NCBI RefSeq assembly: GCF_009914755.1
Contig: NC_060934.1
Direction: 5' to 3' (one strand)
DNA length: 64,000 bases
From: the human T2T-CHM13v2.0 reference genome, Homo sapiens
Position numbers and translations under genes: made by a program. Below, piece after piece: positions 54,586 through 64,000 of this stretch. The notes below the pieces were generated by a model. It saw only the letters and a program-made list of their open reading frames with translations, was not told the origin of the DNA and did no database searches. Position 1 is the stretch's first letter. Each line of letters opens with the position of its first letter.

Positions 54586-54980
54586 TGCTATGGTTTGAAT
54601 GTGTCTTCCAAAGTTCATTTGTTGGAAACCTAATCCCCAATGCAAAAGTGTTGAGAGGTGGGACCTTTAAGAAGCAATTAGCTCAGGAGGCCTCTGTCCT
54701 CATGAATGGGTTAATGACCTTATGGCGGGAGTGGGTTATTGCAGGAGTGAGTTCCTGATAAAAGGATGAGTTCAGCTCCCTTCCTTTCTTTTTCCCTTGT
54801 ATGTTGTGTGCTCTCTTGTCCTTCTGTGTTCTACAGTGGGATGACGCAGCAAGAAGGCCCTTGCCAGACGTGGGCCCCTTGACTTCTCAGCCTCCAGAAT
54901 TGTAAGAAATACATCTTAGTTCTTCATAAATTATCCACTCTCAGGTAGTCTGTTACACCAGCACAGAACAAACTCAGATA
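54586..54980 (+). mobile_element. MST-family MaLR solo LTR (MSTB/MSTD-like)
   Basis: Starts tgctatggtttgaatgtgtc; perfect 5-bp TSD ATGAG (54581-54585 / 54981-54985). Confidence 0.85.
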
Positions 54981-55219
54981 ATGAGGTAGGCCTATATATA
55001 CTGTCATGAAAAAAATTCAAAGACAAATGTTTTGTTTCTTCACATTTTAAAAAGTCGCTTTTAAAAATCAAGGTCATGCATGTACATAGCTTTTTAACAA
55101 AAGCAGTACACAAGGTCTTATGACAGAAAACAATGCACCTTACACACACAGGCAATCATTTCCGCTCACAGTTCTTCTGAAGGTTACAAGGTTACAAGTA
55201 TACATTGCTAATTAACGTG

Positions 55220-55850
55220 CCTTTGTATACCACATCCTGCATCTAATCTCTTTCCCACCTCTACCAACAACCTCTAGTCCAAAACCACCATTGTGTTCTG
55301 AAAGGACAACTGAAATAGCCTCTTACCTGGCCTTCCTTCCTGCTTTCAAACTTCCCCACCAAACAGTCAGAACAATGCTTTTAGATCACTGCACTCCTTT
55401 ACTCAGAATCTTCCAGTGCTTTCCCATCTCGCTCAGGGTAAAATCCAAAATTTCCACCTTGGCCAAAAAGGGCCAATATGGCCTGGTCTTCCACTACTTC
55501 TCAGACTCATTTCCTGTTATCTCCTTCTCCTACTCATGCCTTAGCCATATGGACCTCCTTGTTGGGCCTTGCAAACCCCAGACATGCTCTTGCCTCCAGG
55601 ACTTTGTAGGTGCTATTTCCTCTGCCAGCAATGCTCCTTCTCAGACAACCTTGCTCCTTCACTTGCTTTGTACCTCTGCTCAAATACTACCTCTCCGAGA
55701 ACACTTTCCTCAGAACCCTATTTTAAAATGCAGCTCCATCAGTCTCTATCTGCTTACCCTGCTTTATTTTTCTTCATGTTACTTGTCACTACCCAAGAAT
55801 TTTCTTTCATTGCATGCATCTGGGTTCTTTCTAGCCTGTTTCTCCACAGC
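55220..55850 (+). mobile_element. L2 fragment
   Basis: 'cttcccatctcgctcagggtaaaatccaaa' and 'ctcttgcctccaggactttg'. Confidence 0.55.
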
Positions 55851-56290
55851 TCCTTAGGGCAACTATCTTTGCTTGCGTGGTTGCAACTTAGTTGCAGGCA
55901 TATTAGTATTCTAGCTCAGTGGGAGGGAAAAATAAATAAGGGCTCATATGAACACACATTACTTTATGTTCTCCTGAAAAGAAATTAGTGATACAGCCAT
56001 ATCAGAGTTTGGGAGGCTTGGGAATGCAATGTCATTGTGCACATATGTGCCTGACCAACAATCTACTGCTAGAGAAGAAGGAGAGAACTTACTTTGGTGA
56101 ACAACATGCCACAGTCCTCCACAATGTGTGGATTTTAAAAACTGAAAAATAATCTGTAAAACATATAAAATGTTTAAAATATAAAAAACCATCATGTAAG
56201 ATATTACATAATTATGACCTGGTAAATATTATTCACCACTGAAACAAGTGCTCTTTCTACCAATCTACTCTGTAGTATAATTAAATTTAA

Positions 56291-56655
<365 letters not shown>

Positions 56656-58029
56656 GCACTTTGCCTTTTTTTTCTTTTCCACATTTTTACATAGGCATTT
56701 TTCCAAGTTCTCAGCCATACTATCTATTCTATGAAACCTCCCTCCCTCCCAGGGTCCCTATCATGCCGTCCTTAGTTCTCCTGATTCACCATTTCTTGGA
56801 TCCCATGTTGTCCTCTTCGATTTATTCCTTTTGTTGCTGGAGTACAACCTCAGGAAAATTTCTAGGAAAGGGTACGAGTTCTCACCCCACGTATTTACCA
56901 TCACACTTGGTCAGTTCTAGATTCAGAACCATTTCCCCTGAGCACTGTGAAGGCACTGTTCCCTCATCCCACAGAATCTAGTGTTGCTGAGGGACCTGTG
57001 TCATTCCAATTTCCTTTACTTTGGAGACATCTTATCCATAGAAAGTTTAAAGATCTGTGTATGCTCAGTGTTCATAAATATCCCCAAGACCTTTTCCATG
57101 TCTCCTCCTTGATTTTGAGAGACTCTTACAAAGTTGTTTCAGGTGTCCCCAAATCCTGAAAACTTAACTGTATTATTTACTGAACAATGATCTTGCCCCT
57201 GTTTTCTCTGTCCCACACTAGAACCCCTCATCAGACGTGGACCCCTTGTACCAAGTCTCTGTGTTTTCTTTTGCAAGTAACAAAGATCAATACTATAACA
57301 CTTTTCACTTCATGGGCAATGGTGAAAAATGTAGTGTTTGGTTTTTATGAGAGTATGAGGAAGTGACCTCTCATATACCACTAGTGGGAATGTGTATTGT
57401 TATAACCTCTCTGCAGGCCAATTTCAGAGCCCTCAGAGGCTCTAAAAACATTCATATTCTTGAACTAAGCAGCTTCTAGGAATGCAATCTCTAGTTCTAG
57501 GCACACAAGCTAATAAAATAGATATGAGTGAAAAGACAATTTTTTAAAACACCATGTCCATCTCAATGAAATAGCAAAAAAAGGAAGCAATTTAAATGTC
57601 AACCGATAGGATATTCTTTAATGATATCATGGCAGCATGGGCTATCGTGTAACTCTTTAGAAAAATGATGTGGATCTTATTTATTGCCATGAAAGATGCT
57701 CATGTTCTAGAGCTATGTGAAAAGGACAGAAAGTAGATTAATCCTATTAAAATTATACATATCCATACATATACAGAGAAACGCTAAAGTCTCTAGAATG
57801 ATATACAACGTTTATACATTGTTTATACAATGTTACACAGAAATGTTCACAGAGATCTCTTTAAAATTATGGTTGATTAGAAAAAAATTTAGCTTAAGTG
57901 TATTCTTTGATGTTTTCTTTTTGCTATGAACATAGAGTTTTATCAAAAAAGAGTTAATGATATAAATCTCTAGACAAATTTAAAGTATTTTCCATACAAA
58001 CATCAGTAAAGCAGAATTAACCAGAGGTA

Positions 58030-58240
58030 AAAACATATAAGTATGGAATCAAAATATGTGATCTTGTCCCAGTTCTACTAACAACTGTGTCACCTTGAAC
58101 AAATATCTTAACAGCAGTTTACTCAGCTGTAAAATAGGGAAAAATAATGGTTGCCTATCTACTTCACTGTGTCATTATGAAAAAACAAATAAAAGTATAT
58201 TTAAATGTTTTGAAAAGCGTAAAATACTACAAAAATGAAT
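58030..58240 (+). mobile_element. MIR
   Basis: 'ctgtgtcaccttgaacaa...cagtttactcagctgtaaaataggga'. Confidence 0.6.
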
Positions 58241-58294
58241 AATGGAATAATCAATATTATCACCAAAGCAATTGAAAATATAAATGTTGGTTTG

Positions 58295-59200
58295 CTACAG
58301 AATGGGAGAAAATATTTGCATCTGACAAAGGTCTAATATCCAGCATCTATAAGGAGCTTAAATAATCCCATGAAAAAGTGGGCAAAGGACATGAAGAGAC
58401 ACTTTTCAAAAGAAGACATACATGCAGCCAACAAGGATATGAAAAAAAGCTCAATCACTGATCATTAGAGAAATGCAAATCAAAACCATAATGAGATACC
58501 ATCTCACACCAGTCAGAATGGCTATTACCAAAAAGTCAAAAAATAACAAATGCTGGCAAGGTTGCAGAGAAAAGGAAATGATTATACACTGTAGGTAGGA
58601 GTGTAAATTAGTTCAACCATTGTGGAAAGCAGTATGGCGATTCCTCAAAGAGCTAAAAGCAGAACTACCCTTTCTTTGACTCAGCAATCCTATTACTGGA
58701 CATATACCCAGAGGAATGTAAATCATTCTACCATAAAGACACATGCACGTGAATGTTCACAGCAGCACTATTCACAACAGCAAAGGGATGGAATCAACCG
58801 AAATCCCATTAATGATAGATAGTATAAAGAAAATGTGATTATATATACACCACGGAATACTATGCAGCCACAAAAAAGAATGAGCTCATGTCTTTTGTGG
58901 GAACATAAATGGAGCTGGAGAGGGTACTATCCTTAGCAAACTAACGCAGGAATAAAAAACCAAATACCACATGTTCTCACTTGTAAGCGGGAGCTAAATG
59001 ATGAGAACTCATGAACACAAAGAAGGAAACAACAGACACTGGGGCCTGGAGGGTGGGAGGAGGGAGAGGAGCAGAAAAAATAACTATTGGGTAGTAGGCT
59101 TAATACCTGGGTGATGAAATAATCTGTACAACCAGCCCCTGTGACACGAGTTTACCTGTATAACAAACCTGCACATGTTTTCTAAAATTTAAATATCTTT
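58295..59200 (+). mobile_element. 5'-truncated older L1PA (about L1PA13-16) 3' end
   Basis: ORF2 C-terminal text and 3' UTR 'gggtgatgaaataatctgtacaacc'. Confidence 0.85.
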
Positions 59201-60648
59201 AAAAGTTGTAAGGTTGAGAGGGTAAGAGAAGGAAGGGAGAGGAGTATGAGATGTGGCTCAGACCAAGAGAACTACTGTAGCAGGAAACTGGTACAGCGGC
59301 AGTGAGGACGAAGGCAGAAAAACCAAAAGGACAGTCCTTATCATGTTTATAATTTTGTGTAGGGCTGGCCTGACTCTAAAAGTAATAACAATATATTTGC
59401 CAAGATAATAACTATATATTTAGTTCACTGATAAACCATAATGCTTATTTTCCATGGAACAGTCCACTTACGTGTTTTTGAAACCAGCATAATAACAATA
59501 TATAAATTTCCCCCAATAGGAATCTCCTTGCAGTTGAGCTATACAAATGAATTGGGAATTTTATGATTTTCCTTCCTCCTCTTCACTTGCATAATGGGCT
59601 ACATATATAACTACACACCCCTTACCTCACACTATGGCACTAAGCTAATTATAAAAGCCTGTTTAAATCTAGCCACCTGTCTTTTGTTTTGCTGCCTACC
59701 TGGGCCTTTTCCAAAGAGGCAGAAAAATCTCCTATCAGTCTGTTATCACAACCAGAATGCAAGAGATTAGTGACCAGGGAGAGAAGCAGAATCAGTTTAC
59801 ATCCTTTCAGGCAAAAGAATAGTATTACTTCACAAGCAAGAAATCTGGGGCCCCCTGACCTTAATTTAGGAAACCTGCAGTTAATCATCATGTTAAAGTT
59901 GGTTTTACATGCGAGACAGTTTTTGTTTCCGCTGTTATTTTTACAATTTGAGTGTCCTTTGTGATTACCAAAATTATTTGCTGAAAGGCATATATCAACA
60001 TTTAAAATATTTAATCCATAATAAAGTAGGCCTTACAGATTAGGTATATCTGAATTAAAATATACTCGGTGTCAATTTTTTAAAAAGCTTAAAAAAATAT
60101 TGCTTGTGTTTATCCAGAGTACAATTTAGCAATCTAACTCTGCTAATTATGACAATTAATATACTTAATTTCTTTCTTAATTGAGGAATAAAAAGGTTTT
60201 TAACTGTAATCCGACAACCCAAATAAAGAATCACATAAATCCCACCACTGGCACACACTCACCTCTCTCCCAAAAGGTCAATTGTTTCTTGAAGGAAAGA
60301 GAACTAAGCCTGAAGCTACAAATTTGGCAAGGAAACCCGGTCAAAGAACAGCTGTGCAAAGCCAGGGAGAACTAGGCAGGTGATCAGGTCAGTATGCAGA
60401 GGTTCTGATGACACTCAATTGAACCTGGCTACTTTTTCATAATCGAATACTTAATGAAAACAAATCTAATTAACACCATAAGCCAAAAGGAGGCACAAGT
60501 GGTCTTTTTAAAGTGTGGTTAACTTTCACTTAACATTATACTAGAGAAACAATACTAGCTGAACCATTTTAGCTGTTTCAATGTAATTTACAAGTCATCC
60601 CTGTGAGTTACTGATTCTACAGACACCTGTTCTCTTTTACAGAGTGAT

Positions 60649-60652
<4 letters not shown>

Positions 60653-60695
<43 letters not shown>

Positions 60696-60708
60696 GTGTG
60701 TGTGTGTG
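60653..60708 (+). repeat. (TG)n microsatellite, interrupted
   Basis: Directly visible. Confidence 0.95.
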
Positions 60709-61939
60709 GACATATGCATGTGTTGGGGGACAGGAGAGTTATTGAAATGAATAGTCCAGCCATGGAGATGATGCTTACAGAATGAAAATGCAGTGTGGGT
60801 CTATATATATATTGACATAGAAGAAAAGTTATAATGGCATTTTTTTGTACAACAAAAGTTTAGATTTATTACATATTTATTTCCAAGGTACCTTTGTTAT
60901 TATGAAAACAGAACTAATACTTGGCCAAAAAAAAAAAAAACCCAAAAAACAAAAAAAAAATCACTTCACAATGTCAGGTTTTCCACTTCCATGATAAAGG
61001 GAAAAAATATCTATTGCAGACACGGAATCATTCTGCCTTGGGTAAGTCTAGGGAGGAAAAAAAGGAGACATATGGGATGAATTTGCAAAAGTTTAAAAAG
61101 ATGCTTTTGACAGCACCAAGACTACTCTAGTAAATTAAGTATATACTAGGATCTATGAGGCTTTGTTGGTTATATCCTGTGTATTCTTGGCATTTAAAAA
61201 ATTTTCATCTTTCTCCTCTTAAAAATACAGATAAAAATTTACCAGGTTTTAATGACAACAAATTAAAATATTGCTTTACTCAGTTTCCTATCTGCCTTTA
61301 GCATCAAATGTAGAGCCTTATAGAAATATTATCTTAGAAGTTAAATGTGGTGCAGTCTTCAAAGGAGATAATACATTAGTATTACTATTATTTTTCATTA
61401 AGCAATTGAACTAAAAGTTTAGGGCCTTTTTAAACCAATGTTTTATAACTTTAAAAAATTATTTTAGTTTCTTTTGATAATCACTGTATTAATAGCAGCT
61501 ATGTAATTAGTAGGTCATAGTACTTAAAACATCAAAAACCATGGAATGTCTTTAATTTGGTCAGATATTTACTGATATGTCATTATTAACCTATCTTTTA
61601 CAAACAACCTTAAAACCGAGATAATAAAACACACCATCCAGTAACATGTTTAGCTGAAGAAAAGTTATCCTTATGGTTCTTTTCTAGTAACTCAAGATAA
61701 CTAGTCTACTCATGAAACACAGCAAAAAAAAAAAAAAAAAGTTACAAAATACTTCAGCTATTTTCCCCTATGATCAAACTTCAACTCTGAAGCAAAAATA
61801 TTGCTAAACGTCTTATAAAAATCCAGATTGTAGTCTTTTAAATGACCTATACAGTAGTAACAATATTCATATATATAATTTAAAATTCTCAAAGCAGGTC
61901 CATTGCAAAAACAAAACAAAACAATACAAAACTTGACAG

Positions 61940-62032
61940 TACAGGTCAAGTATACCTAATCCAAAAGTCTGAAATTGCTCAAAAATCTGCAACTTGAGCG
62001 CCAACGTGACGGATTAGAGATGCGCAACTGTA
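61940..62032. mobile_element. Internally deleted Tigger4/MER46 remnant
   Basis: 'tacaggtcaagtatacctaatcc...ggattagagatgcgcaactgta': both TIR-like ends with TA flanks. Confidence 0.55.
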
Positions 62033-62500
62033 ATAATTTCTGTACGTTTCTTTCTAAACTAAAAAGTGGAAGTTTATTATTGAAAGTAACTTACAGCATT
62101 TATAAGCTCCTTTTGGTAGCCATGTTCAGTAATCATTTTGCAGGTTTTAAAAAACTATCAGTACTATAAAAGGCCTAAAGGTATACTAACAGAATGGAAG
62201 GGGAAATTTAAATCTTTGCTTTCAGTAACCCTCTAAGTATTTTTGGATCTATAGGATTTATTTAAAGTAAATTTAGTAAAGCATATTTACTATCCCTCAT
62301 GAAAATATCAATTTGATAAAAATAATATTTTTTCTCAATTTCAATTAAACATTTACTGTGTATTTAGTATATTACACATCAGGCACTGTGCTAGGTGCTT
62401 TCTAAAAAATTTTCTGCTCTAAATTTCCTCAATAAAAGCATCTAAAGCATTAAGTCAAAACCTTTCCAAGTAAGTAATTTATCTTTTAAATGTTACGTAT

Positions 62501-62502
<2 letters not shown>

Positions 62503-62539
<37 letters not shown>
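62503..62539 (+). repeat. (CA)n microsatellite
   Basis: About 18 perfect units. Confidence 0.95.
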
Positions 62540-62543
<4 letters not shown>

Positions 62544-63042
62544 CTTCTGGTTAAACTACTTATCAAACGAACTGTTGCTATCATCCTTGAAACAAAAAGG
62601 CCAACACCATTTGCATTATGGGTATATTGCTCATTTAATTAATCAGAACCACCTGTCTAAATAGCAATCGCAATCTGTACTTCAATGTTAAAAAGATCCA
62701 GCTGAAATACAACCCTCCTAATTCTGATCAGTTTGAGAACTATTTTTTCCACAGTTAAAGGGGTCACTATAAACATAAAAACTGGCATTGTTTTCCTTTG
62801 ATTAGGTTACAGTAGCTTAAGTCTCTAAACACTAGAATTCCTCACACAGCTGTTAACTGTGGACCAGGGGACTGGCTCACATCTGCTTCTCACTTATTGC
62901 ATTAATGGTTCACTTTCAGGTCCTAAAAGGATTGTTGTATCCCCTCCCCAAAGATACTGTGGAACCCATCTATGTCTGCCTTCTACATAGCTGACTTGTT
63001 CTGGTTTCTCTCTCTATACAATGCAAATCTCAGTGAACTCAC

Positions 63043-63162
63043 ATCTGTCACAGATCGACCCAATTCGTGGGCAATCTTTTCCCATCGACCTGGAGTCCCT
63101 CCTGGGAACTTAACCATACTTCTTGTCAGTTGGCTGAGGTCCTCTTCTGTCCATTCAGGTGC
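63043..63162 (-). CDS. DNAJC1: DNAJC1 exon (120 nt) encoding most of SANT1: APEWTEEDLSQLTRSMVKFPGGTPGRWEKIAHELGRSVTD
   Basis: Lies within ORF 62983..63264; ttttgcag acceptor, GAT|gtgagt donor, phase 0-0; SANT motif. Confidence 0.96.
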
Positions 63163-63174
63163 CTGCAAAACATT

Positions 63175-63253
63175 AAAGAAAATAAAAAAAGATAATTGGG
63201 AGAAAATAAAAAGATAATTGGAAGAATAAAAAAAGATAATTGAGAGATAATTG
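63175..63253 (-). repeat. Degenerate ~22-bp tandem repeat forming the polypyrimidine tract of the SANT1 exon
   Basis: 'aaaaagataattg' recurs 3 times, plus a partial copy, on the + strand. Confidence 0.8.
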
Positions 63254-64000
63254 CTGTGAAGCAAATTATTGGCAATATGCTTTCTGTAAAAAACAATACT
63301 AAATTGTATCTAATAGTTTCAATAAAGATTTGAGCTGCATATTTAACACTGGAATGCAAAGCTCTAGAAGCCTATTTCATTTCCTACGTATACTAACTAA
63401 GAAAGCATAAATATTGCAAAACCAGGTTTTGCAGACATTTTTTAAAAAAGACCATTCAGCTTTGAATTAAAATGAGAAACCATTCTCAAAGCTTATGAAA
63501 TGCATCCTTGCTATAAAATGCAGTGCTGCTCATAAATGCCTCACATAAAGTTACTATTAAAGGGCTCTCTCTTTTTTTTTTTAAACACACACTTTAAAGA
63601 AAGCAAAAATAAAAATAAAAAACTTACAAGTATAAATGAAATGTGAACAAGTAAATATACTGGTCTGAAATCAGAACTGCAATGACACTTTATGATCATT
63701 CTATGTAACGATATTCAATTTTAAAATAATATTTTTTCAAGAAGTTTAGCTTGTCAAATGTCACTCTTTTTTTTTTTTAAACTTCGGAACAGAAATAAAA
63801 TTAGAAACTCTTGTGGCCAAGACTCAAACCATCAAGTCCATGTAAAGCAGCATTTCATTTTATTTTGACCATTTCATTTTGGTCAACTTTTAGCTTTGAC
63901 TAAATGATTAAACTAAATTTAAAAATACCTTAGAGATTATAAACACGCATATGCAAAAAGTCTAACAGCAAGCATATTCTCTGCATTTTTCTCAGCACTA

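Noticed and set aside
55291-55988. 188-aa and 139-aa + strand ORFs
   Set aside because: They lie in a decayed L2 fragment, have non-ATG starts and show no coding signature.
63175-63253. CRISPR-like or other prokaryotic repeat-spacer array
   Set aside because: Degenerate tandem units without unique spacers in clearly primate DNA; no cas-like ORFs anywhere in the window.

Overview
Primate (most likely human) genomic DNA. The minus strand carries the last four coding exons of DNAJC1 (MTJ1/ERdj1): 63162-63043, 23383-23335, 16692-16244 and 13829-13761. They splice in frame through GT-AG junctions and encode the two SANT/Myb-like domains and the C-terminus ...KKKQAKS*. A short 3' UTR follows, with clustered AATAAA signals near 13628-13641. 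The first ~700 bp look like the AT-rich 3' UTR end of a convergent + strand gene, probably MLLT10; that call rests on remembered synteny, not on coding sequence. The rest is a GC-rich ~13 kb intergenic segment with a solo HERV-H LTR7, plus repeat-dense introns. The introns contain about 35 Alus (one a pristine AluYa5), a full-length but dead L1PA4/5-type element antisense to DNAJC1, older L1M, MIR and L2 copies, MaLR LTRs and Tigger4/MER DNA transposon relics. Most ORFs in the supplied track are Alu or L1 artefacts. No new gene system is demonstrated. The best hypotheses are: (1) an L1 antisense-promoter/ORF0 unit whose first splice donor is in phase with the penultimate DNAJC1 exon, predicting an ORF0-SANT2 fusion; (2) a gene-conversion tract shared by two direct Alus that bracket the last two DNAJC1 exons; (3) an LTR7 whose small internal deletion creates a palindromic AP-1/ARE site. 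Repeat subfamily names and exon numbers come from recalled consensus sequences and were not computed.
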